This document shows, one piece after another, positions 26,201 through 40,744 of a stretch of 64,000 nt of DNA (within the stretch, counting starts at the first letter, position 1; each line of letters opens with the position of its first letter). Below the pieces are notes generated by a model. That model was given only the letters and a program-made list of their open reading frames with translations. It made no database searches and was not told where the DNA came from. Source of the stretch: the human T2T-CHM13v2.0 reference genome, Homo sapiens; the NCBI RefSeq assembly GCF_009914755.1, contig NC_060930.1. The stretch is one strand, 5' to 3'. Made by a program: the position numbers and the translations under genes.

Positions 26201-27593
26201 AAAGTACCAAAGAGACATATGGCTGAGTAAGAGTCTATCTGCCAGCCAGTACTTGTAAATGCCACATACTAGATTACAGCCCAAAATGCAACACCAAAAT
26301 ATTTTGCTAGTATACAGCACCTGTGAAAACTAAGGCAAAAATCCAGCCACAAATATAGATTTAGTACAAAGTTCTGGCCCTCTGAAAATATCCAGAAATA
26401 AAGCCAACTGACTAAACTTAACTCACATCACAGTTAAAGGAACATTAGCCCTCACACATAAGAAAGTTTCAATCCAAGAACTCGAATCTCAAAAAGCCAG
26501 TGTGTTCCCTTAACTGCAAAAGAACCCACTAGAACCCTAGAAATGGTTCTTGGTCAGACTGAGATGACTGAAATGATGGACATAGAATTCAGAATCTGGA
26601 TGGCAAGAAAGCTCATCAGGATTAAGGAGAAAGTTGAAACCAAATCCAAGGAATGTAATAAATTTGTAAAAAATGATCTAGGAGCTAAAAGATGAAATAG
26701 CCATTTTACAAAATAACAAAACTAAGCTTCTAGAACTGAAGAATTTACGTCAAGAATTTCACAATACAGTTAGAAGCATCAACATTAGACTAGATCAAGC
26801 TGAAGAAAGAATTTCAGAGATTGAAGGCTGGTTTTTCAAATCAACTCAGTCAGACAAAAATAAAGAAAAAAGAATTCAGAAACCTGAACAAAACCTCTGA
26901 GAAATATGCGATTACATAAAGAGACCAAATATATGACTCACTGGCATTTCTGAGAGAGAAGAAGAGAGAGTAGGCAACTTGGAAAACACATTTGAGGACA
27001 CCATTTATGAAAACTTTCTAATCTTGCTAGAGAGGAGGATGTACAAATTCATGAAACACAGAGAACCTCTGCAAGATACTACACAAGATAACCATACCCA
27101 AGGCACATAGTCATCAGATTCACCAGTGTAAACACAAACACAAAAAACTTATGGGTAGGTGGAAAAAAGGTCAGGCCACCTAAAAAGAGAACCTCATCAG
27201 GCTAGCAGCAGACCTCTCAACAGAAACCTTACAAACCATAAGAGATTGGGAGCCTATTTTCAGCATTCTTAAAGAAAATAAATTCCAACCAAGAATATCA
27301 CACCCTGACAAACTAAACTTCATAAGCGAAGTAAAAATAAAATTCTCCAGCACTAAGGGTACTCGTTACCAGCAAACCACCCTTAAAATATGTCCGTAAT
27401 GGAGTGTTAAACATGGAAACCAAAGATCAAAACCTGCTACCACAAAAACACACTCAAGCACATAGCCCACATACGATATTACACAATTACACAATCAAGT
27501 CTACAAAATAAGCAGCAAGAGCACGATGACAGAATCAAAATCTCATATGTCAATACTAATCCTGAATATAAATGGTCTACATGCCTCAATAAA

Positions 27594-28081
27594 CCCTTTT
27601 CCCATGTAGATAAAAAAGTACAGCTCTTTGCCAGCATTCATTTAAACACACTCTTTGAAGTTGAAAATTTGACTGATTTTAAATGTGAAAATAAAATCTA
27701 AAAACTATTCTCTGAGTCATTTCTAGACAGAATTAACATCAGAATAATTAGAATTATCTATTTTGTAAAAATTGGATTCATCAAATGAATTTTTGGCCAA
27801 CAAGTATTAGAGAATGATGTTAACATTATGCATAGGAGTGCCAAACTTTCTAGGATTTGATATTTTTAGCAATTGAGAATTACTATAGTTTGTAAATGAG
27901 AATATCACTACTAAAAACAGAATATTATATATAGAACAGTGTCTTTTGTTTCCAAAGTCAATAAACTAGAGTGATGCAAAAATAATATTAAAAGCAATAT
28001 TTTGTGGCAAAGTCATTTTTGGGCAAACACTGCAGCCACAAGTGCCACTAGTGAGTATTCTCAGAGCAAACCCAAAAAGGA
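27594..28081. mobile_element. MER75 piggyBac-family MITE inserted in L1 ORF2
   Basis: Begins cccttttccc and ends gcaaacccaaaaagga. Internal ggattcatcaaatgaat and ctactaaaaacagaat match MER75. Target site taaa (27590-27593) / ttaa (28082-28085). Confidence 0.9.
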
Positions 28082-29340
28082 TTAAAAGTCATAGAGTGGC
28101 AAACTGGATAAAAAAAGACAAAATCCAACTGTCTGTTGTCTTCAAGAGACATATCTCTGTATAATAATGCTCCAGGCTCAAAGTAAAGGGATAGAGAAAG
28201 ACCTGCCAGGCAAACAGAAACCAGAAAAGAGCAGGAGTTGCTATTTTTTATCAGATATTACAGACTTTAAACCAATAACAATCAGGAAAGACAAATAAAG
28301 CATTACATAATGATAAGGGGTTTAATTCAACAAAAAGACTTAACTATCCTAAATACATATGTACCCGATATTGGAGCACCTGCATTTACAAAACAAGTTC
28401 TTCCTGACCTACAAAAAGACTTTGAGAGTCACACAATAATAGTGAGGGACTTCAACACCCCACTGACAGTGTTAGACAGATCATCAAGGCAGAAAACTAA
28501 CAAAAATATTCTGTATTTAAATTCTACCCTTGACCAATTGAACTTAATAGACATCTATAGAAGGCTTCACTTAGAAACCGAAGAATATACATTATTCTCA
28601 TCTACACATGGAATATATTCTAATATCAACCACATGCTTTATCTTGAAGCAAGTCTCAATAAATTTAAAATAATCAAAATTATATCAAGCATATTCTTAA
28701 ACAGTAGTGCAATAAAAACAGAAACCAAAATCAAGAGATTTTTTCAAAACTACACAAAACAGGAAGACATTACCATCTTAAAATTATATGCACCTAACAC
28801 TGGAGCTCCCAGATTTATAAAAACAGTTACTATTAGACCTAAGAAATGAGATAGATAGCAACACAATAATAGTGGGGGACTTCAATACCCCACTGATAGC
28901 ACTAGACAGATCATCAAGACAGAAAGCCAACAAAGAAATAATGGACTTAAACTATACCCTAGAACAAATCGATTTAACATATATTTCCAGAACATGCTCC
29001 CCAACAAGTATAGAATACCCATTCTTCTCATCAGCACATGGAACATTACCAAAGATAGACCATATGATAGGCCACAAAACAAGTCTCAATAAATTTAAGA
29101 AAATCAAAATTATATCAAGTACTCTCTCAGATCACAGTGAAGTATAATTGGAAATCACTCCAAAAGGAACCCTCAAAACCATTCAAGTACATGGAAATTA
29201 AATAACCTGCTCCTGAATGATCATTGGGTCAACTATGAAATCAGAATGGAAATATGAAAATTATTTGAAATGAATGATAATACTGACACAACTAATCAAA
29301 ACCTCTGGGATACAGCAAAGGCAGCGCTAAGAGGAAAGTT

Positions 29341-29558
29341 CACCGCATGTTCCTATTCGTAAGTGGGAGTTGAACAATGAGAATACATGGACACAGGGAG
29401 GGGAGAAATACACACGGGGGCCTGTTGAGTGTTGGCAGTGATGGGAGTGAACTTAGAGGATGGGTCAATAGGTGCAGCAAACCACCATGGCACACGTATA
29501 CCTATGTAACAAACCTGCATGTTCTGCACATGTATCACGGAACTTAAAAAAAAAAAAA
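29341..29558 (+). mobile_element. L1PA7/8-type 3' end with poly-A, nested in the older L1
   Basis: caccgcatgttc...gtgggagttgaacaatgagaa...gaactta followed by an A run. Confidence 0.9.
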
Positions 29559-29654
29559 GTCCAAGACTGGATGAATTCACAGCTGAATTCTACCAGTCCT
29601 TCAAAGATGTATTGGTGCCAATCCTACTGAAAAAATTCTGAAAGAGAAAGACAA

Positions 29655-30030
29655 TGTATTAGTCCATTTGAATACTGGTATAAAGAACTGCCTGAGACTG
29701 GGTAATTTATAAAGGAAAGAGGTTTAATTGAGTTACAGCTAAGCATGGCTGGGAAAAACTCAGAAAACACAATTATGGCAGAAGGCAGAGGGGATGCAAG
29801 GCACCTTCTTCACAAGGAAGCAGGAAGGAAACATGCTGAGGAAAGGGGGAAGAGCCCCTTATAAAACCATCAGATCTCATGAGAACTTTCTCACTATCAC
29901 GAGAACAGCCTGGGGGAACCACCACCATTACTCAATTACCTCCACCTGGTCTCTCCCTTGACACGTGGGGATTATAGGGATTAAAATTTAAGATGAGATT
30001 TGGGTGGGGACACAAAGCCTAGCCATATCA
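29655..30030 (-). mobile_element. THE1 (MaLR) solo LTR nested in L1 ORF2
   Basis: tgtattagtcc...ctgagactgggtaatttataaaggaaagagg...ccatatca. Host ORF2 resumes at gagggaatcctcc. Confidence 0.92.
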
Positions 30031-31886
30031 GAGGGAATCCTCCTTAAATTATTCTATGAAGTAAGTATTAACCTAGTACCTAAACCTGGAAAAGACATTA
30101 AAAAAGATAACTTCAGATGAATATCACTGATTAACATAGATGCAAAAATCCTGAACAAAATACTAGCTAACTGAATCCAACAGCACATCAAAAAGATAAT
30201 AATACATCACGATCATGTGAATTTCATCTTGGGGATACAGGGATGGTTTAACATATGCAAGTCAATAACTGTGATACAGTACATAAACAGAATTAAATCA
30301 AAAACCATATGATCATCTCAATAGACACAGAAAAAACAATGGATAAAATCCAGCTTCCCTTTATGATAAAAGCCCTCAACAAAATAGGCCTAGAAGGAAC
30401 ATACTTCAAAGTAATAAAAGTCATGTATGACAAACCCACAGCTAATATCACACTGAGTGGGGAAAAGTTGAAAGCATTCCCCTTGAGAACTGGAACAAGA
30501 CAAGTGTGTCTACTTTTACTACTTACACTCAACATAATACTTGAAGTCCTAGCCAGATCAGACAAGAGAAAGAAATAAAGAACATCCAAATTGAAAACGA
30601 AGAATTCAAACTGCTGCTGTTTGTTCATGATGTAATTGTATACCTGGGAAACCCTAAAGACTCATCTAAAAAGCTTCTAGATCTAATAAACTAATTCAGA
30701 AAAGTCTCAGCATGCAAAATCAATGTACATAAATCAGTAGCACTTCAATACACTTACAACGACCACGTAGAGAATAAATTCAAGAACTCACTTCCTTTTA
30801 CAACAGCTGCACAAAAAGGTGAAAGATCTCTACAGGAAAACTAAAAAACACTGCTGAAAAAATCTTAGATGACATAAACAAATGGAATCGCTTTCCATGC
30901 TTATGGATGGGAAGAAAATGAACATATGGCCCATATTAATCTATAGAGTCAATGCAATTCTCATTAAAATACTATCATCATTCTTCACAGAACTAGAAAA
31001 ATAATCCTAAAATTCATTATGGAATCAAAAAAGAGCCCACATAGTCAAAGCAATACTAAGAAAAAGGAAAAATCTGAAGGCATCACATTACCCAACTTTG
31101 AACCATACTATAACGCTATAGTTACCAAAACAGCAAGATTCTGGTATAAAAATAGGGGCATAGACAAATAGAACAGAATAGAGAACCCAGAAAGTATTTA
31201 CAGCCAACTGATCTTCAACAAAGCATACCAAAACATAAACTGGGGAAAGGGCACACTATTCAATAAATGGTGCTAGGAAAACTGGCAAACCACATGTATA
31301 AGAATGAAACTGGATTCCCATCTCTCACCGCATACAAAAATCAACTCAAAATGGATAAGACTTAAATTTAAATGTGAAACCATAAAAATTCTAGAAGATT
31401 ACATCGGAAAAACTTCTGGACGTTGGTTTAGGCAAAAAATTCATGATTAAGACCCAAAAGCAAAAAATAAATAAATAAATAAATAGGACCTAATTAAACT
31501 AAAAAGCTTCAGCACGGCAAAAGTAATAATCAGCCAAGTAAACAGACAACACACAGAGTGGGAGAAGATATTTGCAAACTACTATGCATTCGACAAAAGA
31601 CTAGTGTCTGGAATCTACAATAACTCAAACAAATCAGCAAGGAAAAAAAAAATCCCATCAAAAATGGGCAAAGGATATGAATAGATGTTTCTCAAAAGAA
31701 GATATACAAACAGCCAACAAACATATGAAAAAGTGCTCAACAGCACTAATCATTAGAGAGGGAAATGCAAATTAAAACCGCAATGAGAAAATCGTCTACT
31801 GCTGCAAGAATGACCATAATTAAAAAATCAAAAAACAAAAGATGTTGGTACGGATGTGGTGAAAGGGAACATTTTCAAACTACTAG

Positions 31887-32211
<325 letters not shown>

Positions 32212-32442
32212 ATGGAGATTTCTTAAAGAACTGAAAGTACAACTACCATTCGATCCAGTAATTCCACTACTGGGTATGTGTCCAAAGGAAATAATTCATT
32301 CTATCAATAAAACACATGGAGTCGTATGTTCATTGCAGCACTATTCACAATAACAAAGACATAGATTCAATCTAGATGCCCATCAACAGTCAATTGGATA
32401 AAGAAAATGCTGTATTATAAATATACCATGTAACACTACAGC

Positions 32443-33017
32443 TGAGAGGTGAAGCCAGATGGACTTCTGGGTTGGGTGGGGACTTGGAGAACTTTTCTGT
32501 CTTATAAGAGGATTGTAAAATGCACCAATCAGCACTCTGTAGCTAGGATTGTAAAATGCACCAATCAGCTCTCTGTGGCTAGCTAGAGGTTTGTAAAATG
32601 CGCCAGTGCTCTGTAAAAATGCACCAATCAGTGCTCTGTGGCTAGCTAGAGGTTTGTAAAATGGACCAATCAGCACTCTGTAAAATGGACCAATCAGTGC
32701 TCTGTAAAATGGACCAATCAGCGTTCTGTAAAATGGACTAATCAGCACTCTGTATAATGGACCAATCAGCAGGACATGGGTGGGGGATAAATAAGGGAAT
32801 AAAAGCTGGCCCCCTCAGTCTGCAGGGGTAACCTGCTCAGTTCCCTTCACCCTGTGAAAGCTTTGTTCTTTCTCTCTTCACAATAAATCTTGCTGCTGCT
32901 CACTCTTTGGGTCTGTGCCATCTTTAAGAGCTGTAAAGCTCACCGCAAAGGTCCATGGCTCCCTTCTTGAAGTCAGCAAGATCAGGAACCCACCGGAAGG
33001 AACCAACTCTGGACACA
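32443..33017 (+). mobile_element. LTR12 (HERV9) solo LTR, short variant
   Basis: tgagaggtgaagccag...ggaaccaactctggacaca. 4-bp TSD cagc at 32439-32442 and 33018-33021. Confidence 0.95.
32513..32805 (+). promoter_or_regulatory. LTR12 U3 tandem CCAAT (NF-Y) array and core promoter
   Basis: Repeating gtaaaatg(c/g)accaatcag unit with seven perfect CCAAT boxes, then GATAA and an AATAAAA TATA-like box at about 32798. Confidence 0.75.
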
Positions 33018-33943
33018 CAGCCATAAAAAGGAATAAAATCATGACTTTTACAGCAACATGAATGGAGCTGGAAGCCATTATTCTAAGCTAAGTAACATAA
33101 AAACAGAAAACCAAATACTGCATATTCTCACTCATAAATGAGAGCTAAACACAGCACATAGGAACATAAATATAGGAACAATAGACACTGAGGACCACTA
33201 GAAGGAGAGGAGTGGGTGCAGGCTGTAGAACCACCTGTTGGAAGCTATGCCTACTGCCTGGGTGATGGGATTGTTGGGACCCCAAACCTCAGCATAACAA
33301 CATGTACCCATGTTTCAAACCTGCACATGTACCCTTTAATCTGTAATAAATGTTGAAATTATTTTCATAAAAATAAAATAATAATGCTTTTTACCAATAA
33401 ATAGAGCACTTTAATTCTCAATGTCTCTGTTTTAATTACAGTATACTATGTAAATATTCATTTTTATAGTTCTTGAATTTCTTTATACATTTATAATTTA
33501 CAGTGAAAATAATTTTTAATAACAAAAATTGCCAAAAATGTTTGGAGGTCACAGCAAAATTATTATTATTGATTGTTATGATTACTTTGAAGTTTCACCT
33601 TATATGGTCATTATTGCTATCCTGTATTTCCACACAAAGTGAAAGCTTCCTGTATTAGGTGTGTGTAATCATATTTATAAAAACATACATACTTTCATAT
33701 ATATTCACTTAGAACATAAATTCTTGAGAATGGGAAAAATATTGATGAGAAGCAGAGAACACTATTATTTTAAAATATAAAAAAATTCTTACTGAATTGG
33801 TGCTTGCCTACAATTTCTGTATTTTAAAAACATAAATAAAATATGCTATTTACACTTTTATTTGTATGTATTGGAGGAGACAGGATGTTGTTCTTCACAT
33901 AACATATCATTGTATTTCTTTAGGCGTAAAAAACTAAAATCCA

Positions 33944-34234
33944 GGGTTGGGCGTGGTGGCTCACACCTGTAATCCCAGCACTTTGGGAGACCGAGTCGGG
34001 TGGATCGTGAGGTCAGGAGACCAAGACCATCTTGGCCAACATATTGAAACCCTGGCTCTACTAAAAATACAAAAATTAGCTGGGCGTGGTGATATGCGCC
34101 TGTAGTCCCAGGTACTCAGGAGGCTGAGGCAGGAGAATCGCTTGAACCCAGGGGATGGAGGTTGCAGTGAGACGAGATCATGCCACTGCAATCCAGCCTG
34201 GGCAACAGAGCGGGACTCTGTTTAAAAAAAAAAA
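33944..34234 (+). mobile_element. AluS (Sc-like)
   Basis: Full dimer. TSD aaaatcca at 33936-33943 and 34235-34242. Confidence 0.96.
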
Positions 34235-34561
34235 AAAATCCAAAAATCACAACCAAGTGACCTGTATTTATGACCTAGGTCATAAAATACTATTGTAATT
34301 TCACACCTTAAATTTGTTAGAGGTAGAAGTACCACAGAATTCCCATCTTTCCTGAGGGTAAAAAGGATAAAAATGATTTTTTTTTTCTTTTCTCTTAACT
34401 GATTAAAAGGAAATAGCAACTAGCCTAATCAAGGCTTAATCTTTTCTTCCTATTAATAAGTGGATATGCAGTTCTACTTGCTGCATTCAATGAGGATATG
34501 TTTGAAAAAAGAAAATTGAACTTTCCAAGTAGCTCACCTTCTGTTCAGAGCTGCTCTCACC

Positions 34562-34881
<320 letters not shown>

Positions 34882-35679
34882 TGCTCTCACCCTTTAAACT
34901 CCATTCATTAGATTCCTATCTCCTCACCTTATAATATTGGGTGGGAGGGGTTTTTTAACTGGCAAAGAGATGGCAGTTTTGAAAGAAATGTTTATTATGT
35001 TGACTTATCGACACCATGTTAAAAGAGATGTGGAATAAATATGGGCATTAGCTAGCATCGTATCCCCCAAAAAGGGATGCAGTTATTTGCAATCACACAA
35101 CTGAGGCTCATGGGATGGGAAGGTTTTCTCAGAGCCTTTATGTGAAAGTATAAAATAATACTCTTGTTTCTGGCACCAATAATTCAATATGATGTCTTCC
35201 TTCAGGAGCAGTTGTCATCTAGGAAATTTACCTAAATCATAGCAACAACAAAGTCTGTCATTTCTTTCATTATTCTATTCCTGGCCTGGCTAGATAAGAG
35301 CAGAAAGATAATTAAGTCAGTGATGAGTTGCAGGCACGATGCCATTTCAGCTATTAAGAAATATACTGAGGAGTACATATATAGACACACGGTGGCAGAC
35401 CTGTGAGGGGCATCATTTTAGCTTTTTTTAATGCCCTGTCTGTCCCACTGATAAACATCCATCTTTCAGTACTGCAGCTGAGGTAATTAAATGATAAATA
35501 GATGGTAGGTAGATAGATAGATTTTATAGATTTGTTTTAAAACAAAAATATTGCTTAAACATAACGTGCTTTTTATAGTAATTTTTTTCTCAAAATAGTT
35601 CAGATGAACATGGTTATCTTTTAAGAATGAAAACATCATCATTGATGATAAAATGTTATATCACTATTATTAAAAACAC

Positions 35680-35932
35680 TTTTTTTTTTTAAACTTTTAA
35701 GTTCAGGGGTACCGGTGCAGGTTTGTTATATAGGTAAGTTTTCCTCATGGGAGTTTGCTGTACAGATTATTTCATCACTTAGGTATCAAGCTTAGTACCC
35801 ATTGGTTATTTTTCCTGATCCCCTTTCTCCTCCCACCCTCCACCCTCCAATAGGCGCCAATGTATGTTGTTCCCCTCTATGCATGGCTGTGTTCTCATTA
35901 TTTAGCTCCCATTTATAAGTGAGAAAATGTGG
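35680..35932 (-). mobile_element. L1PA (about PA13-16) 3' end
   Basis: Poly-T, aagttcagggg...gtgcaggtttgtta...tttagctcccatttataagtgagaa. TSD aaaaacac on both sides. Confidence 0.92.
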
Positions 35933-36889
35933 AAAAACACATTTTATAATCGACCTTACTGATATCATAGAAATTATGACCATACACTGAATATTGCCAG
36001 TATTATAAGATATTAAACATGTGTGTATATTATATACAATATTATAAAAGTTAAACAGAAATGTAGCTAAATACCCCAAAAATGCAAATAAACTAGTGAC
36101 CCACGTAAGATAAAAAATTCATATTAGGGTATTGCTATATATGTGAAAGTGTTTGCATAAATGGGCGTTATCTCCAAAGGTCCATAGTCCTGCCTTTCCC
36201 ATCTTGATTAACATTATATGTAGAAAGGCTATAGTGTTCTAAAGTTTTTTTAAAAAGCAATAGATTAGGCCTTGCTTATTTTTTCTTTATGTTTTTCTAA
36301 CTTTACACAAAACGAAAATAATTTTTATCATTCTATTTTTCATGAATTTTTTTGAAGTGTATACTTTTATCGTAAATGAGCTCAGCAATTTGTCTTTCCT
36401 TGTCTGTTTCTTCCTTCCATGTCTCCTGTGTGCCCGGGACTATATTATAAAATTACATATGTGAGTCATGACATAAAGATTATATTCATATATATGAACA
36501 AATTTTATGCATATAAATACACACTAATATTTTAACAACATTGGATTATACTGCTTATTACCATTTTTAAATTTATATTTAAGTTAATATAATGTTGTTC
36601 ATGTTGTAAAATAATTTAAAATAATCTAATTCTTATAGATAAATCTATATCTGTATCTCTGTTTCTAAGTTATTAGGCCAAAATGATGATTCCTTTGATT
36701 AACGTCTTCTATACAGTCACTTAAACTTATTAGTATTAAATCATTAATAGTGTGGAAAATATCAACATTATATTAACTCTGGTAAATAAAACTGAGTAGA
36801 TAGCATCATGAAAATTTCTGATTATTTTCTGCAAATAATTTCCTAGAAGGTTACTGTGTAAAAAAGCATAAACGTTTTAAACATAAAAA

Positions 36890-37830
36890 TTTCTGGTTTT
36901 TAGTTCTAGTTAAGACAGAGTAATTCATATTTGACTATAAGAATAGACAAGATCCTGAATAAGCACCAGTATCTTGCTGCTTTTTGCCTGATTTCATTTT
37001 AGTTTGGTTGAAAACAGAAGCTTAAAAAAAATCAAGCAAAAACTGTCAGAACCAACTTTGTCAAAAGTCTGGAAAACAGTCAAAGGTTGTCAACAAGAAA
37101 ACAAATGCTGAATCAAAGAAAAGGCAACTTAAAAACAGTAGGAAAGCTTTATGATGCTTTATTTGTTCTTGTGCCAACCCCTCCCCAGCACTGCAGCTAT
37201 TCTGAATCTGGTAGAGTTTCCCAGCCTGGGCCCCTGGGCCCTGGTTTTGGAGAGGGGAGAGAAAGCTTCATGGATAAAGAATTGTTTGTCTCTTCTTATC
37301 TGTCTGGGGCGTAAGCTGATGCATGGTCGGTCATTGTTTTCCCTAACTAGGAACCTACTTGAGGAGAAAAAGCTGCAGGCATTCCTCAAAAACATTACAA
37401 GGTGACTGACTAACCCATAGCAGCTTCAGTAGGTCTTCAGGGCATATAAAAGACTAGAAGTCTGTGAGGAAAAGCAGAGGAGAGTTTCTTTTGGAACTTA
37501 GGGCATTAAAAAGTGCCAGCGTTTATTGGAGTGTTTAGAAAGCCACATTCATGCCCAGGACAGGAAGCTTACTCAGAGAAGAGCCGAGAAGACCCAGAAT
37601 TTCACCTCTGAGTGATCTCTAAGAGCGGTCCAGGCAAAAAGTGAGGGTGAAGACAGAGTTGTGAATGGCCTGGCTAATTGGTGAAGGGAAGCCTCAGCAC
37701 AGAGCCAATGTACAAAGAGTGGGAGATAAGTTTTGGGTTTTTTTCTTCTTTTTTTTTTTCTTTTCCTCTTCTCCCCATCTCATCTTAAATACTTGGCAAC
37801 CATAAAGACCTGTGACTGAATACCATTTAA
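36890..37830 (+). mobile_element. Old L1MC/MD 5'-region fragment
   Basis: aaaactgtcagaaccaactttgtcaaaagtctggaaaacagtcaaagg...gctgaatcaaag resembles L1MD/MC 5' consensus. Confidence 0.55.
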
Positions 37831-39559
37831 GGATGTTCTTCATCATATAGGCAAAGCTGCTGATGGATTAAAAATTAAACTGTCTTGAATAAGTACTAGT
37901 TTTGAAAAATACAGAGTTTAAAACAACAGCTTAATTTGACTAAACTTAGAAATAATCACTATGGAGGAAATTTTTTAAAGAGAATAAATTTTTTCATATG
38001 AGGAGAGAAAAACAGGATACAATGGATGCCACAGGTTTGAACACACTGCCTTTCTTATATCTACCCTCTTCACTTTCAGGGAAATTCTTATGTTTGCAAG
38101 GGGACTTCAGGGGCATCTGTTCTAGGGAGATATTAATGCTTTCAATTCATGATTGAGAGATTTGGAAATGAGAAAGAAAAATAAACATATGTCAGGGGAA
38201 AATGTGTTTTGTGAGTTGAAAGGGGTCATTAACAATGTAGTGTAAAGAATGACTGTAAAGCTCTCATAACTATATCCACATTGCTACCATATAAAATATG
38301 TCTAAAAATATTCCTTCCTCTTAAATTAAAAGTTAACTGCATACAGAATATCCAGTGAAAATGAAATGCAAGACAAAGCACTGACTTCATAAGAAATTAG
38401 GTCAAACCAAAAAAAAATGGATGATTAAAATTTTCTGCTAATCATCTCTAGATATTATTAAACTATGCTGAATGTAAAACACCACATATATTTGAGTCTT
38501 CTGAGTTAAATGCAAAAGTATGGGGTCCAACTGAAAGCAACAGGAAAAAAGACACATGTTATTTAGTATATTAGATTTCCGTAGCAGGTGTATGCAATGA
38601 GGACAATGAAAAAAATCAGCCCTTAGTTGAGTCTATTAAGAGAAAGATAATTTTGTTAGAATTCACTTTCTGCAATATTGGAATTCACTTCGTGCAATAG
38701 TAGGAAATGTAAGACTCTCTCATTGCAGTAAAGGAAGCATTGATTCCTCTGTTCACTGGGTTTGTCATAATTAGAGGATGGATTAGTCACATATTCTGGC
38801 TCACTTAATAAAATTCACAATAATTCATTTCATTTTTGAACTACAGATAGCATGCTAATTTCAAATTGTTTTGAAGCTTTCTTTCTCTGTCAACTTAATA
38901 GTCAATTCCTTACCAAATAAGTATATAAATTGTCATTGAAAATTCATCAATAAATAAACTAGAGATAAATCTGAACCATCTGTTAACTGCTTGGCTATAG
39001 TAACCCCACTGGGACATTTACAAATACATAGGCACACAAACAGCTTCTACTTTCCCTATACTATTTCTTTGTCTTCTGGTCACCTTTCGTCCATTCAACT
39101 AAACATGGTCTTGCTGCTACTGGAAAAAGGCTTTGAGAAAATCTGTGAATTCCAAAATAAAAAGAAAGGACAAATTGTAAAATTATGGAGAGCTATAAAA
39201 GCAGAGTGCAGGGCAAGACCCTTATGCTGTGCTAGACTGTTTACAGGTAGCTCCTTCTCCCAAAATAGTATTTCTTTTTATTACATGGAAAATTACCTCT
39301 CATATTGCAGACCTCTCATGTATTTTACAAACAGAAAAAATTTTGAATTAAAAAGTCATTTTTGAATAATCAAATTGATCTCCTAAAAACTAGGGGTCAA
39401 GGAACAATCATTGCATATTTGCACACATTAGGTTGATGAAATTTCTAAATTCCTAATGCCTAAATAGCTCAATTGAAATTAACTTGACTTAAAATTTAAA
39501 TAATTGCAATTAAACAAATTTTTAAAATCTAGAATAGAAATGAATTTATGAAATTTCTG

Positions 39560-40650
39560 AATTTATGAGTACTTTTTAACTTGATAGTAATTTTAGAAAA
39601 AGAAGTAAAATTTGATTGTATACTTCAAATGTAAAATAACCTGTATGCCAGTGCACATAATTAAATGCAAACAGCACACTGGAAAATAATAAAACAAATA
39701 TGACAAAGTTTGATACCCTTACAATTAAAGACATCATTCAAACTTACTGAAAAGTTAAGCATTGCCACATAAAAGGACAAAGAATAACAGCTGCCTGAAA
39801 AGTAAAACAAAAGTACTGGTGAATATAGAAACTATTGCAGTATTAGAAGTAATTGCTGAAACACTGATTGAAAGATTATGAGATACCAATTTAACCATCA
39901 GATCAGTATTTATAGAATGAATAGTATTTACAGAAACTCTCACAAAGCTGGTGAGAGTTTTATACATGTCATTTTCATGGGGGGATTATGAGAATAGAAA
40001 CGGCTATAAACATTGCGAAAGCAGTTCAATAATATGTTTCAAGATATTTTCCCCTCTGTGTCTTTTTACTCAGTGATTCTAATTCTTGCTGTCTGTGTTA
40101 AGAACATAACTAAAACATGAAGGATATGTCCATTATGATAAATAGTAAAACATTGAACGTAATTAAATATCTACCAATAAGGAAATATTGAATTATAACA
40201 CATCCATAAATGAATTATAAAGTAATCATTAAAATTATGTTCATCAAGCATTGCTAGGAAGAATGAATGCTTAATCTATAATGTTAAGTGATCATAAGAT
40301 ATTAAAATAGATGCAATAAATACAGAAATAATGAAATGAAAACCTAAAATATTAACCAAGATAATTTCTTTTTTAAAAAAGTTACTGGTACATAGTAGGT
40401 GTATATATTTGTAGAGTGTATGAGATATTTTGACACAAACAAACAATGCATAATAACTACATCAGGGTAAATGGGATATCCACCATCTCAAGCATTTATC
40501 ATATGTTTGTGTTACAAACATTCCATTATTTTTAAACATACAATTAATTATTGTTGACTGTGATCACCCTATTGTAATAGAATGTATATGCTTTTAAAAA
40601 GTTACCCTTCATACTTTTCAGTATTTTCCAAATTTCATTTTTCAGTATGT
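39560..40650 (+). mobile_element. Ancient L1ME 3' region
   Basis: Decayed motifs atgagatacca, ctcagtgattctaattcttg and aatgttaagtga. Interrupted by an L1MA. Confidence 0.5.
40365..40580 (-). mobile_element. L1MA 3' end
   Basis: ggtacatagtaggtgtatatattt...catctcaagcatttatca...ttattgttgactgt. Confidence 0.85.
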
Positions 40651-40744
40651 GTTAGTTTTATACCATGTATTAGCATTCTTTAACAGAATATTAAATAAAT
40701 ATTGTTTAATTTTGGTTAAAACAGTCTTGGTGCATGCATGAACT

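Noticed and set aside
28310-30628. ORFs with endonuclease/RT similarity (179, 91 and 89 aa)
   Set aside because: They are fragments of decayed L1 ORF2 with frameshifts and stops, not functional genes.
32383-32748. 121-aa ORF with repeated LIGPFYR motif
   Set aside because: It is the antisense translation of the LTR12 CCAAT tandem repeats, not a repeat protein.
32513-32772. CRISPR-like appearance of regular repeats
   Set aside because: The units are head-to-tail without unique spacers, they are a normal part of LTR12 U3, and the DNA is human.
35318-35372. Possible C/D-box snoRNA (GTGATGA...CTGA)
   Set aside because: Only about 50 nt between the boxes, no convincing terminal stem, and no recognisable guide sequence.
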